Source of the DNA: Andalucia godoyi And28
Taxonomy: Eukaryota; Protista; Jakobida
Direction: 5' to 3'
Assembly (NCBI GenBank): GCA_009859145.1
Contig: VRVR01000016.1
Span: forward strand, 279,550 to 343,549
DNA length: 64,000 bases
Made by a program: the position numbers and the translations under genes. The notes under the pieces were generated by a model. That model had not been told where the DNA came from and made no database searches. It saw nothing but the letters and a program-made list of their open reading frames with translations. Position 1 is the first letter of the stretch, and each line of letters opens with the position of its first letter. Below are positions 1 to 11,264 of the stretch, one piece after another.

Positions 1-239
1 AACTACGGTTAGAGAATCGTATTGTTTAATGTTCAACGTTGAAACGCAAAGCTGTCAGCTGCCCAACTGCCCCGTACGAGCAGAGCAGTGCTTTTTTACC
101 ACTTTTTTCGTGAGAAAGTCTTTTTTTTTTAATTTTCCTTTTTCCCACTTCTTTTCTATTTTCCTTTTCAGATTACCACTTTCGCACGTATTTTCGCTCT
201 CCCGGCCCACAATCATATTGAATTCTATAAGAGATCGGC

Positions 240-3200
240 ATGCAGGACTTTTTCATGTGGCATTCGGTGCCATTCGAAACAAGAGGGTCGTTTGGTACAC
301 CTGGACGACGAAAGCACCATGCAATGGTGGCGGAGTCGTCGACCAAAGCATGGCTTTTCGGTGGAGAAGCTGCTGATTCATCAAAAATGTATAATGACTT
401 GTGGGTTATGAATTTTGAAACATGTTCATGGAGCATTTATGTGCCGCTGAAGAATTCTCCAATACCGTGCGCACGTGCCGGTCACTCGCTTGAATTGTTT
501 GAGGGTCGTCTGTACGTGTTTGGAGGAATTGACCCATCCGGCAAAGTACTGAATGATCTGTACTGCTTTAACATTGCAGAGCGTACCTGGAAGCTGATTA
601 GATCTTCGTTTGCTTCTTCTTCTTCGGAATACGGGCTGGATGGGCCTGTGCCGAGGACTTTTCATTCCTGTACCCGTATCCAGGGATGGATTTTCTTTTT
701 TGGAGGACTTTCAAAATCCACTGATCTTTCATTCAAGAGAACTCCGCAGGCGTTGGAAACGTCTTTGAGGCCAGAGGTCTCGCTATCTGTCTTTGACTGC
801 AAATCAGACCGATGGATTCCCATGCGGGTTGAAGGAGTGTCAAAGATCCCGCTACCCCCCACCACTTCGGATCATGGCACGTTTTATCAGAAGAATCCCT
901 ATCACCTTCTCTCTGTACGTGGCCGTTTGTTTTTGTTTTGTTCTTGGTCCATTCTTGATGCTTTCGAGTTGGACTTTTCCAAGTTGGAATGGAAATCTTG
1001 TTTTCAGCGGCAGCAAACGCCCCCGCTGCGCGGCCATCCATCCATTCCTTCAACTCTGCTGCCAGTGCTGACGGCCAATGGCATTCCGGCTTCTGCCGTG
1101 TCGGTGGCCTCGCACATCATCTCATATCCTACGTTACCGTACTTGTATATTATTTTTCATGATGGGCTGGTCATCCGATGGAACCCGTTTTTAGGAGTCC
1201 GCGTCTCCAGCGCCGATGGTTCCGATCCATTTACTGCAGAATGGTCTGTTTGCCAGAATCACAACTTTGGCATGAATCCGCTTTTGAATCGAGCCGGAAG
1301 CACGTTTGGGGTGCTGTCTGCGGATCAGTACTTTTTGTTTGGAGGAGAGGCAGGATCTACCATTGTCGATGTTGATGAACTCGGAAATGAGTGTATGTGG
1401 TTCATGACAATTAATTCTACACACCATATCCACGAAACTGTCCCTGCTCTGGAAAACATTCCGGTGTCTCCGGTTGCAAAGTCTTTGACAACTGTAGAAA
1501 CATCCAAGAAAGTGGATAGGCAAACAGAATCTTCTTCTTCCGCTTCAAAGTTTCGACAGCAGCAGCCTTCTGTTTTCTCACCTTCGGCTCCGGCCCCAAA
1601 AGCAAAAATCGGGGCGATGCCGCCAAACCAATCGAAACCTCCCTCTGAAATCGAGATGCTGTCTGGGGTTTCCTCTTCGGATCCTCATGAAATGCTTCTT
1701 GCGCATGGTATGGTCATTGAGAAGAAGGTTATTGAGCATGTTATGGGATTTTTGAATTCTCTGCAAGAGCGTGTGGAACAGAGACTTGCTGAAAGTGTCG
1801 AAAGCATGATTGGTCGTCTGCGTTCCGAAGTGTTCGCAAAAATGGAACAGTTCAATGATCGTCAATCTGCAGTCATTGACGAGAAAATCAAACTGGTAAG
1901 CCGCGATAGCGTGGATGGTCTGCGAAGGGACGTTCAGCTGGAGAAGGATAGGAGAGAGAAGTTCCAAAACAGTGCAGTCGCTGAATTGGCCGTGCTACGA
2001 ACCGGTTTGGCGGATTTAGACGGGCACAGTCGTGAACATTACGCTACTATTGTGGAACTGAAACGGGTGGAATCGGATGTTCTTAGCGTTTCTGATTTCA
2101 CGAGGAGGAGGTTTGCGGAATTGTCAAATCTTATGGATGAGAGAGAATCTCAGATGCGGAGAGAATGTAGCTTGCAAGTGGAAGGGTCATTTGAAATATT
2201 CTCCGGCGAATTGAAAGTGCTCCAAGAACATTTCGGTTCGCGCTGCACTGCAATAGACGACCGAGTCTCGGAAGCGCATAGCAGAACGTCCGTTCTCGCT
2301 TCTTCAACTCACTCTCGATTAGCAGCGGTAGATGATGCGCTCGCTGTGCTGCGAAATGAGCACCGTTCTCTTGAGCGACAGGTGGAAGCCGTTCAGAACG
2401 AACTTGGGAAGACGGACACGCATCTTCAATCTCTGCATAGTGAGGTTTCTATGGATGTCGCTGCACTACGATCTGATTTTTCCGATCTTGACAACCGTCA
2501 TTCTGAGCTTGGAAAAATGTTGCACAATGTTTCTGAGTACTCCTCTGGAAGTTCCCAGAAACTAGAAGGTCTTCTAGGAGTCGTGAGCGAACGTATTTCG
2601 AGCACTGAAATGCGTTTGTCGTCTGTTGAAGAGAGGACCTCCGGCCTAGAGATCGGCCGTTCGAGAACGGAAGAGAAATTTGATGTTTACCACGCCGGTC
2701 TTGTAACGAAGGTTGCAGATATAGAGTTGTCCTGTCAAGACACATCTCGACAACTTCAATCGCTTGCAGACTCCACTGCGCAGCATTTTCATGAAACCGT
2801 CAGCGCCATTGAAGAGATCAATGTGTTCTCGGAAGAGAACCGAGTTGAATTGGAGAGGTTGGAGAAGGATTTGAAGAATTTTCAAAACGACATGACATTG
2901 CACAAAACTGACACTGCACAGTTCCGAGAAGATGTTCAGGTGAGGCTGAGTGAAAGTGCTGCTGAATTGGCTTTGGCGAAAACGGCAATCGCGGAATGCA
3001 ATTCGTCTCTCGCACGTGGACAGTCTGCACTTGACGCGAAGATCGAATCTGTGCAGGAACTCGTCTCCATTGTGAGTTCTGAATCCGAAAGAAAACACGA
3101 GCTATGCATTGTCGCAATTTCTGAATGCAACTTGAAAGAAGAAGATCGTCGGTTGTCTGCCTTTTCGGATGTGAATATCCGTCTCGATGAAATCTGTAGG

Positions 3201-6200
3201 AGGATCAACGACAATGAGCAGCATTTTGGCACCCGCGTGGATGACCAGTCGACCACTTTAAAGGCCCTGGTTGCTGAAATCCAGACTGCTATGAGCGTTT
3301 CATTAAATGAGCATGTCGGAACTTTGGAAGAAAAGATGACCGCCATGTCTGCAGAAGCAACTTGCAAGCATGATCAGTTTGTGGCATTAGTTGGTGAAAA
3401 AGATAGGCTGGCGGTTGATCGCCATGCAGCACTTTCGACATTGCTGGAATTGCAGGTTGGTGAATTGCAGCAAGATATTCGAACTGCAGAAAAGTCGCTC
3501 AACTCTTTCTTGGAACAGCATGGATCCAGGCTGATAGCTCTTGAAACCGCTCGATCGGATGCTGTAGCGGGGCTGTCTCTGTTGGATTCTAAGTTTTCCG
3601 CGATGATAGCCACTCTGGAGGGATCGATCGACATTTTCACGAGAGATTTCTCCTGCAAGCACGACGTCTGCTTAATGTCCATTGCTGAGTGCGAACGGAC
3701 ATGTCTCGAACGCCAGGATTCCTCGTTTTCCGAGCTGACGTCTCGAATTGATCAGATTGGCGAATCTCTTGGTGTTCTGGATCGCAGTTTTGAACAGAAA
3801 TGTGAGGTCATTCGCGCATCTGTTTCGGAGACGTTGAAAATGCTGGATGCTGTTGAGTCCCGTATTCTAGCTGGTATGGATCAGACCAGAGAACTGGCTT
3901 GTCGCTTGAGCCTTTTGGACTCCGATGTCCAGTCCCTGAATGTAGCTGCATCCTTGGCATCGGAAGACATGCTCGGGCTAAAAGAACGTGCTGCTCTGCA
4001 TTCCATCGGCGTCGCAGGTGTCCACGAAACGATCGTGGAAGTACGCAGCGACTTGCGATGTGCCGTTGACGAATACTCATCCAGACTGCGAGCTTTGGAA
4101 GATTCATTTGGTTCCATTCACGGTTCTATTTCAACGGTCCAAGAATCTTGTTTAGCTTCTATCGCATCCCTTGCAGAGGGATTCGCAAAGACGGAAGACG
4201 CTCTTAGTGACCGAATCGGCCTTGTTGAACCATCGGTGTCTGCGTTTCTTGCCGAAACGTCTGCTTTGGCGTTAACAATGTCTCAGTTGTCTGATCTTCA
4301 CAGCAAGCTTCTGGATGAGTACGTTGATTTCAAGAAGTCTAATTCTGTTTCCATCCAAGATTTGGCTACAAGGATCAACGCCAATTGGGAGGCTGCCGAG
4401 GCAGAACGCTCAATGCTGTCTGCTGCGCTTTCTGCAGTCCGACAATCTGTTTGCGGCTTCCAAGAAGATGCGGACTTGAAGATTTGTGCGGCTGAAACTC
4501 GACTCAATGCGAAATCTGAAGAACTGTTCGAGGGCCTTCGGTGTTCCGTGGATGCTGCATGCGCCGACAGAGATCTGTTGTTGCAATTTCGGCAGGATGT
4601 ATTGGAGCGGCTTTCGAAAGCTTCTCAAGCAATTGAACAAATGAAACAGGATTTTCTCTCTACAAAGACTGTAGTCGACGGTCATGATGCTGGAATCACT
4701 TTGCTGCGCACGCTTCACATTGATTTGGAAGCACGGCTGTTGGAGACGATGGGTTCTCTGTCTGATTGTCAAGACAGCGTTGCTGCGCGTGTTTCTGTCA
4801 TCAGCGGTGCATTGCACTCTTTGGAGTCAGCATTTGAAATGGCAGATTCCTGGACCAAGGAAGACATTTCCAATCTTCGTCGATCGTTGCTTTCGCAAGA
4901 CGAAAACTCAGCAAACCGAATGGACTTGTTGGAGGCTTCTATCGAACGCAATGTACAGGATCTGGTTTCTCGATTCTCTTCGCAGTTTGCAGACTCCTCG
5001 GACGTGTGTGCGCAATTGTCGTTCAGATTGGCTGCTCAGAGTGCGCAGCTGAACAATATTGAAGACAAAGCTTCTTCAATAGTGGCGAGTATCGACACAG
5101 ACCGTACGGCGTTTGCTGCGAAACAAGAATCGCTAGGCATTACAATGGACGCTCAGTTTGGCAGTTTGAGGGAATGCTTGTACGAAAAAGTAGCGATGAT
5201 GCACAAAGAATTGAATGCGCGTGAGGTTGTGATGTCCGACAAGTTTGCCAGTCTATCTGCGACAATTTCTGGCTTGGAGGACAGTGTCATTCTTGGAATG
5301 ACTCGTACTTCCACAGTCAGTCAGTGCCTTTCTTCCCTTGCTCTGACCTATGAGGCGTCCTCGGCAGATGTTCTTAGAAAACTCGACGAGATTAATGGAA
5401 AGACGTCTTCGTTGCAGCACTATGTTTTTGACACTCTGCGTTCTGAGTTGTCTGAGAAGTGGATTCAGCTTTCCAACTATCAGGCGTCAGCAGACGCCTC
5501 TATTTCCAGCCTTTCCAAGACCACAGACGCCCTGCAAAACCTGCAGCAGGATATGCACGAGGAACTGAAACAAGCCATTTTAGCTCTGGTTCAGTTGTCA
5601 GAAGCCCGCCAAAAATCGACGGACGAAACGCTTGGATCTATGTCGGAACATTCTTCTCTTTTGTCAGCACGACTTGCAACGTTAAGCGCAGCGATTCTGG
5701 AAACAGGACAGGGTGCTGCTGCTTCAATGGAAGATATTTTGAATCACTTGCATCTGACCGATTCTCGAGTGGTTTCTTTGAGTGCTGCTCTGCGTGAATG
5801 CGAGGAGCAACTTGCGGATCGCGTTCGGCTAGTTGCCAATGGACAGCATTCTCTGAAGGATGCTTTGGCGAAACTGGATAATTCCAGCTCACAGATGATG
5901 ACCGCTGTGCTCGAGAAACACAGTGCGATTTCGGACGACATCAATTCATTCAGGGAACAAGTACAGTCAAATCTCACTGACATGGATCGCCGTACCACTG
6001 CGGCACATGTGGTCATTCAGTCGATGTCTGATGTTTTGTCCAGTGCAAGAATTTCAAATGTGATCGCTGCGGTGGAAACGGAATTCTTGTCTCTAGGATC
6101 CAAGATCCAACGTCAAATGGATCGCTTTGAAGAGCGCCTTGACAATGTGGACTGCCGATTTTCTGTTGCCGATGCCTGCTCAAAGGTGCTGATCAACAAC

Positions 6201-8759
6201 GTCGTCTCGGATTTGCAGAACGCAATCGGCGATCTTCGAATTGATGTTGCAGATCGGTTGCAAGTTTTCGAGCATGCTTTAGAGACTATTCGAAAAGAGA
6301 CATCCACTGGGCTTGAGAATCTTGCAGAATCAGAGGTTAAGTTGAGACTCGAGGCGATAGCAAATCATTCCGCTGCTATAGCTCAGGTCACAGCGTTGAG
6401 ATCTGATACGAGCACCCTGGTGATCCGTATTCTTTCTGACCTTGAGGAAGCAGAATTGAGATCCGCAAGCAAACTTGTGGCCGTCCGGTCTGTAATTCAA
6501 GCAAGAATATGTGACTTGGAAAAGGCTGTCGAGGGTCTTTGTCAAGCTGACGCTCGGATGCAGAGCCACGTGCAAGACACGGAGAAGATGTTTGACAACC
6601 AATTGTTCGCCCTCTGCTCAACCGTCTCCGAGATTGACCATCGGCTGCAAACGGAATCTCAGTCGATTAAAGGTCTGGTTGTCTTCCGGAACGCAGAGGT
6701 ACTGAAGCAGTTGGAGGACGTAACGATATCGCTCCTTGCGAAACAGATCAGCTTCCAATCAATTGTGCGGTGCGAGGTTTTACATCTGAACCAGGGACTG
6801 CACCAGTTGTGCGATCATTTTGAGTCAGAGATGGTCGAGCTGTCGACTGGCATCAGCTCTTCCATCGCTGCGGTTTCCGCAGAGTTGTTAAATTTGAAGC
6901 AGCGCCACACATCAGACCTATACGTTGTTCAGCGCAGGCTTGGCGCAGTGGATTCCCGCGTTACGGGGGAACTCAAAATCTGCAGGTCACTTATTTCCAG
7001 TAGCCGCCAAAGGTGTCATTCAGACCATAGCAGCCTGCTTCGGTCAGTGCAAGTTCTCAGCTCCCGTTTTGAGGGTCATGTGCAAATGGCGCTTGCTTTG
7101 TGGAGAATTCAACATCGTCAGATTCATCAGCTCAATTTTGAAATGTCTAGGAATCTAAGTGTTTTGAGGCAGGAGCTAGAGGAGTCGACAGCGTCGAACA
7201 GCACTGCATTCGCCCGACTGTCAACCGAAACATCTGCAGCATTGAATATTGTGCGAGAAGAAGTTGAATTGTCCGCAATGTGCACCAAGGCTGTGTTAAA
7301 TGTCCAGATTTCTTGCTTTTCCACTGAATTGGCTGAGAGTATCCAAGAAATGCAAAATTCCGCTGCGGCTTCAGAAGCACGGAACACGGAAGTGGTTTGC
7401 AGTGCGTTCGGAGAATTGTCTCGGGAAGTTTCAGTCCTGGAACGGCGTCTAAACGAAAAGCTTGCATTCGTTGAGACACATGTGAATCGACTGGATGCGC
7501 AGCTTGTGTCTCAGAATGTTGTGTCTGCAACATTGTCTAAAGTTACGACGGAAGACTTTCGGTCAAGCCTTCACTCCACGTTTGCGGAAATCACTTCCGC
7601 AATGTCCGCGCGCATATCCGATTTGGAGTCGTGCGTGGATGCTCTGGGTGCGCGAGCAAATAGCGTCGAAAAGGCAATTCCATCAGTGAACGTCGCAATT
7701 GGTGAAACTCGAACAGAAATCCGTAGCTTGCATCAAATGTTTGACGAACTCGAGACTTCTTTGGTGGTGGGATTGGCCACTGAAAAAGCGATCCGATCGA
7801 CAATGATCCGGGAATGCACGGATGTGGCCTCGTTGTCCGTTGAATGTATAAAGGATGACATGTCTGCATTGAGAGAGGAGATTACGGATGCAACTCGTCA
7901 CTTGCAAACAATCGCAGGAATTGAGGAAAAGCTCTGCTCTTTTGATGCTGCTTTGTTGGAAATTCGTGGTGGTGCTGCGCCGGAACACCATGCGTGGCAA
8001 AATCTATCTGATCTTTCCGAGTCGTGTGGGATGCTGAGCAACCGCCTGGAGGTACTTGCCGCATCAACAAGGCTCGCTGGAGTGGATGCGATTGAAGACC
8101 TGCGAATGCTTTGCCTTGCAGAAGCAGGAGCTCGAGAGGCTGGATTGCTTCGACTGGAGTCGCAATTGCACGACATCGCAGGCCGAGTTCCGTCTTCTGC
8201 AGAGTTCCAACAACCTCTGCATGAAAAGTTCGAATCTCTTTCGCAATATATTCAATCTGTCGATGCAGTCCAGAAGCGTTTTGTGCAGTCAGCCAGCAAG
8301 TATCAGGGCGTGATTGAAGACCTATCGACGAGAAACATTGCGTTGGAAAAAGATGTTGCCAACCTTAAGAACGCTACAATGGACAAGGACGTTGTCACGA
8401 AACTGGTTCTTGGGGAGTTGGAACAAATGGGCTTCATGAAGCATCTTTCCGCATCAGATGCTGAGCAAGCTGCGAGAGAAGCCGTTGGCAAAATGACACC
8501 CCGAGCAGTCCACGATGATGTCATTGCTCGATTCGCATTTGTGGAGAAACAGTTGCGTACATCGCTCGAAGAAGTTATCAGTGGCCAGCAACGTATTCAG
8601 AATGCGATGCGAGAAGAAAAACGCAAGATTGAGCAAGAAATTACGAGTTTACGCGACGAATTGATTGTTCAAGACCAAAATGTGTCCAAGATAATGCGAA
8701 CATTCCATCAAAGTAGGCTGTTGCAGTCATCGTCTTCCGGCACCGTTGCCGATTTTTGA
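240..8759 (+). CDS. Giant protein with N-terminal kelch-repeat beta-propeller and ~2300 aa coiled-coil region
   Basis: 2839 aa uninterrupted ORF; kelch motifs (WLFGGEAADSSKMYNDLW, RAGHSLELFEGRLYVFGGIDPSGKVLNDLYCFNI, RTFHSCTRIQGWIFFFGG) then heptad-rich L/E/S/A sequence. Confidence 0.85.
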   Translation: MQDFFMWHSVPFETRGSFGTPGRRKHHAMVAESSTKAWLFGGEAADSSKMYNDLWVMNFETCSWSIYVPLKNSPIPCARAGHSLELFEGRLYVFGGIDPSGKVLNDLYCFNIAERTWKLIRSSFASSSSEYGLDGPVPRTFHSCTRIQGWIFFFGGLSKSTDLSFKRTPQALETSLRPEVSLSVFDCKSDRWIPMRVEGVSKIPLPPTTSDHGTFYQKNPYHLLSVRGRLFLFCSWSILDAFELDFSKLEWKSCFQRQQTPPLRGHPSIPSTLLPVLTANGIPASAVSVASHIISYPTLPYLYIIFHDGLVIRWNPFLGVRVSSADGSDPFTAEWSVCQNHNFGMNPLLNRAGSTFGVLSADQYFLFGGEAGSTIVDVDELGNECMWFMTINSTHHIHETVPALENIPVSPVAKSLTTVETSKKVDRQTESSSSASKFRQQQPSVFSPSAPAPKAKIGAMPPNQSKPPSEIEMLSGVSSSDPHEMLLAHGMVIEKKVIEHVMGFLNSLQERVEQRLAESVESMIGRLRSEVFAKMEQFNDRQSAVIDEKIKLVSRDSVDGLRRDVQLEKDRREKFQNSAVAELAVLRTGLADLDGHSREHYATIVELKRVESDVLSVSDFTRRRFAELSNLMDERESQMRRECSLQVEGSFEIFSGELKVLQEHFGSRCTAIDDRVSEAHSRTSVLASSTHSRLAAVDDALAVLRNEHRSLERQVEAVQNELGKTDTHLQSLHSEVSMDVAALRSDFSDLDNRHSELGKMLHNVSEYSSGSSQKLEGLLGVVSERISSTEMRLSSVEERTSGLEIGRSRTEEKFDVYHAGLVTKVADIELSCQDTSRQLQSLADSTAQHFHETVSAIEEINVFSEENRVELERLEKDLKNFQNDMTLHKTDTAQFREDVQVRLSESAAELALAKTAIAECNSSLARGQSALDAKIESVQELVSIVSSESERKHELCIVAISECNLKEEDRRLSAFSDVNIRLDEICRRINDNEQHFGTRVDDQSTTLKALVAEIQTAMSVSLNEHVGTLEEKMTAMSAEATCKHDQFVALVGEKDRLAVDRHAALSTLLELQVGELQQDIRTAEKSLNSFLEQHGSRLIALETARSDAVAGLSLLDSKFSAMIATLEGSIDIFTRDFSCKHDVCLMSIAECERTCLERQDSSFSELTSRIDQIGESLGVLDRSFEQKCEVIRASVSETLKMLDAVESRILAGMDQTRELACRLSLLDSDVQSLNVAASLASEDMLGLKERAALHSIGVAGVHETIVEVRSDLRCAVDEYSSRLRALEDSFGSIHGSISTVQESCLASIASLAEGFAKTEDALSDRIGLVEPSVSAFLAETSALALTMSQLSDLHSKLLDEYVDFKKSNSVSIQDLATRINANWEAAEAERSMLSAALSAVRQSVCGFQEDADLKICAAETRLNAKSEELFEGLRCSVDAACADRDLLLQFRQDVLERLSKASQAIEQMKQDFLSTKTVVDGHDAGITLLRTLHIDLEARLLETMGSLSDCQDSVAARVSVISGALHSLESAFEMADSWTKEDISNLRRSLLSQDENSANRMDLLEASIERNVQDLVSRFSSQFADSSDVCAQLSFRLAAQSAQLNNIEDKASSIVASIDTDRTAFAAKQESLGITMDAQFGSLRECLYEKVAMMHKELNAREVVMSDKFASLSATISGLEDSVILGMTRTSTVSQCLSSLALTYEASSADVLRKLDEINGKTSSLQHYVFDTLRSELSEKWIQLSNYQASADASISSLSKTTDALQNLQQDMHEELKQAILALVQLSEARQKSTDETLGSMSEHSSLLSARLATLSAAILETGQGAAASMEDILNHLHLTDSRVVSLSAALRECEEQLADRVRLVANGQHSLKDALAKLDNSSSQMMTAVLEKHSAISDDINSFREQVQSNLTDMDRRTTAAHVVIQSMSDVLSSARISNVIAAVETEFLSLGSKIQRQMDRFEERLDNVDCRFSVADACSKVLINNVVSDLQNAIGDLRIDVADRLQVFEHALETIRKETSTGLENLAESEVKLRLEAIANHSAAIAQVTALRSDTSTLVIRILSDLEEAELRSASKLVAVRSVIQARICDLEKAVEGLCQADARMQSHVQDTEKMFDNQLFALCSTVSEIDHRLQTESQSIKGLVVFRNAEVLKQLEDVTISLLAKQISFQSIVRCEVLHLNQGLHQLCDHFESEMVELSTGISSSIAAVSAELLNLKQRHTSDLYVVQRRLGAVDSRVTGELKICRSLISSSRQRCHSDHSSLLRSVQVLSSRFEGHVQMALALWRIQHRQIHQLNFEMSRNLSVLRQELEESTASNSTAFARLSTETSAALNIVREEVELSAMCTKAVLNVQISCFSTELAESIQEMQNSAAASEARNTEVVCSAFGELSREVSVLERRLNEKLAFVETHVNRLDAQLVSQNVVSATLSKVTTEDFRSSLHSTFAEITSAMSARISDLESCVDALGARANSVEKAIPSVNVAIGETRTEIRSLHQMFDELETSLVVGLATEKAIRSTMIRECTDVASLSVECIKDDMSALREEITDATRHLQTIAGIEEKLCSFDAALLEIRGGAAPEHHAWQNLSDLSESCGMLSNRLEVLAASTRLAGVDAIEDLRMLCLAEAGAREAGLLRLESQLHDIAGRVPSSAEFQQPLHEKFESLSQYIQSVDAVQKRFVQSASKYQGVIEDLSTRNIALEKDVANLKNATMDKDVVTKLVLGELEQMGFMKHLSASDAEQAAREAVGKMTPRAVHDDVIARFAFVEKQLRTSLEEVISGQQRIQNAMREEKRKIEQEITSLRDELIVQDQNVSKIMRTFHQSRLLQSSSSGTVADF

Positions 8760-9243
8760 ATTGTTTTTCATTTTCATTTTATTTCGTTTTCATCGTCCTC
8801 GTCCGGTTAGAACTAAATGCAAACGAAATCTTCCTCTCTTCCACGATTTCACGTTTTATTTGTCCTTATTTTTTCGTTTTGATTTGGTTATTGTCGACAG
8901 CCACAGTTCGGATTTGTTGAGAAGTTGCAGTGCCTCCGCACTTTCTCACCAACGACTCTACAAGGGCGTCCCAGCTTCGCGAGCTTCATGCGCGATCTAT
9001 GATGGCGCATGCACTTGTGTGTGTGCTGCGGCCTGCTCCCCTGGACGATTTATTTTTCTTGAGATCAATTGCTATGCATCATTGCAATAGTATCAACTGG
9101 AGCCAATTGGTATTCATGCAGCGCAGCGCAGGCGAGCCGCAAATATAATATCAAGAAACAATTTTTTAATTTACACTATCCATAAAACAAAAAAGAAAGG
9201 GATATGGCGGCGTCCACAAAGCACATCCGTCTTCGTCTCCCTA

Positions 9244-9978
9244 TTAGATAATCGGGATTTTCCACATGTTGGTTGTTGGATATCTCGAACAGCTATTTGC
9301 AATAAACAGCGAGAAGGCGTGGTTCACTCGTTCAACAGACGATCCTGTCTCGAACCAATATGGGCTTACCGCACACTCCTGTGACAATGTGAAGAAAAAG
9401 TTGACGACATCCTTGAGAGAGCCAAGAAGCCCCTTCTTAGATTCGTCGAGAGTGGAGAAGTGGAGGAACAGTCCATCCATAGCGAACTTCGGAAAACGAA
9501 AGTAGGCCTCTCGACGGCTCCTGTGACCCACGTCTGCGCTCAGCGATGGAATTGTGCAAGATCTGGAATAGACGAACAGCAATCTCAGTGCCATATTTGA
9601 GCGCTCTACCTCGCTTACTGGGCACAAGGCAGATAGGTTCTCAAAGACTGAGTCAAACATAAACGAATTGTACTTGCGTTCAGGTTTCAAACTCTGGAGT
9701 TGCTGGCTGATTACCGTTGGATCTGACGTGAACGGTTCGAGAATGAATGCTTCGTTTCGCAAAACTAGAATCGCATATTCATGTGGTTGGGCAAGACCGC
9801 TAGACATTGCAGCTTTCGCATGGACAAAAGAAATCAAAGATTTCCGAACAACATCCCATCGTGTCGATGATGCAGGTTTTGTCGAACGATCTTCTGGAAG
9901 TGCAAATTCGTGACCATTCAACTCTTCATCCAAATCAATGCACAGAAGAATCTTCTCTGGCGTAACGTCGGACGGCAT
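9244..9978 (-). CDS. BABAM1: BRISC/BRCA1-A complex member 1 (MERIT40/NBA1)-like vWA-fold protein
   Basis: PEKILLCIDLDEEL, HEYAILVL...FTSDP, LRLLFVYSRS and F.MDGLFLH match recalled MERIT40 motifs; first in-frame ATG is at 9978 (the ORF track start is TTG). Confidence 0.8.
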   Translation of the reverse strand: MPSDVTPEKILLCIDLDEELNGHEFALPEDRSTKPASSTRWDVVRKSLISFVHAKAAMSSGLAQPHEYAILVLRNEAFILEPFTSDPTVISQQLQSLKPERKYNSFMFDSVFENLSALCPVSEVERSNMALRLLFVYSRSCTIPSLSADVGHRSRREAYFRFPKFAMDGLFLHFSTLDESKKGLLGSLKDVVNFFFTLSQECAVSPYWFETGSSVERVNHAFSLFIANSCSRYPTTNMWKIPII

Positions 9979-10199
9979 GCAGAGGACAACCCGTTGAATT
10001 TGAGGAACAAGCAAGCCAACTTCTTTCGACCGAAAGGCGGGGCCGGGGGGAGGAAACGGCAGTCATTCATCTCCTTTCAAAACGCGAGGTCTCGGTGGGC
10101 CCTTTTGCCGCGTCTTGCAAAAAGTTGCAGATACATCGCTACTACGACAGGTCAAGGCATATGGCCTGTAGGGTCCAGGAACGCCGGTCGCTGTTTTAT

Positions 10200-11264
10200 C
10201 TAGCTCCTCGGTTTCGAAAAACAAACGATCCGTGAACCTTGGATCAACATCGAACAACTGAGAGATCCAAGAACATCTGACAATGGCCGAAAGTGAAGCA
10301 ACAGAAAGTCACCATCGCTCTCAGATCTGCTCTGCGCAAGCGCGCCGGTCAAAACACTGTTCAGCAGCTGACGAACCGATTGCTCCCGAAATGCTCCCTG
10401 ATAGGTGTGGACGACGCAAGATCCTTGTACATATTCCAGAGACTGCGACACCGGTACGGCGCTAAACTCGCACACAAAAGAATCTGGCAATCGATCACGC
10501 ACGGTGGAGAGCACCGTAGAACATCCCTGCAACACCGATCCAACGTAATAGTAATACTGGGCCCACGATTTCGCATCCCCTGACGCTACACAAGAAGACA
10601 TGCACGTCGTTTTAGGGATCGTAATCGACTGCAAGTATTGGTAGTGATGCACAGGATCGTGTAGCGATACGGACCCGCACATCGCTGGAACCATCTCGGG
10701 GAGACTGCAGTGGGGTGTACACAGAAATACGCAATCAAGGGCCGGGAAGGACGAACTGAAAACGGCCCCCCATGCATGCGGCAGTGGTACACAGTCTCCA
10801 AGCGCACAGGAGCACACACAATACGGCTCGCCATCCTGTTGCAGTTTGTGATCAACTTTGAGACCGATCCAGGACGCATCGCGTTCAGAGACAATCACAG
10901 TAACACGGCCCTTTGCAATGCGCAGCGTTACCGGTGCAAATGAATCAACTGAATTAATCGACTGCAGATATCCGGTCCCCTCACGAAGCATAGCGCGAAT
11001 GAAACTGTTCTCTATGAAAGCATGAACATTCAGAGATCGAAGACAGTAAAAGGACTTCTCGCGTAGATTTTCTTTCAAAATATCGCTTGCTTCAATTTGC
11101 GAGGTGACGTCAATGTGGAACTTGTCGGAAGCGAATGATCGAGCACACGAAATCGTGCCGAAGCATTGGGCTTCCTCGTGTTTGAACAAGAACGCAAGCC
11201 GTTCCGCAACATCGTCGTCCTCAAGACTATACACATTCACACGAACAGACTTTGAAGGGAACAT
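10200..11264 (-). CDS. RPP40: RNase P/MRP subunit p40-like protein
   Basis: LNVHAFIENSFIRAMLREGTGYLQS...GRVTVIVSERDASWIGL aligns by eye with recalled human RPP40 (LPLHELITPEFISTFIKKGSCYAL...GKLILSLDKDTYEETGL); first ATG at 11264. Confidence 0.62.
   Translation of the reverse strand: MFPSKSVRVNVYSLEDDDVAERLAFLFKHEEAQCFGTISCARSFASDKFHIDVTSQIEASDILKENLREKSFYCLRSLNVHAFIENSFIRAMLREGTGYLQSINSVDSFAPVTLRIAKGRVTVIVSERDASWIGLKVDHKLQQDGEPYCVCSCALGDCVPLPHAWGAVFSSSFPALDCVFLCTPHCSLPEMVPAMCGSVSLHDPVHHYQYLQSITIPKTTCMSSCVASGDAKSWAQYYYYVGSVLQGCSTVLSTVRDRLPDSFVCEFSAVPVSQSLEYVQGSCVVHTYQGAFREQSVRQLLNSVLTGALAQSRSESDGDFLLLHFRPLSDVLGSLSCSMLIQGSRIVCFSKPRS

Noticed and set aside
8930-9148. Cys-containing short ORFs (CAIYDGACTCVCAAACSPGRF) after the kelch gene
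   Set aside because: No ATG-led coherent frame; likely UTR sequence
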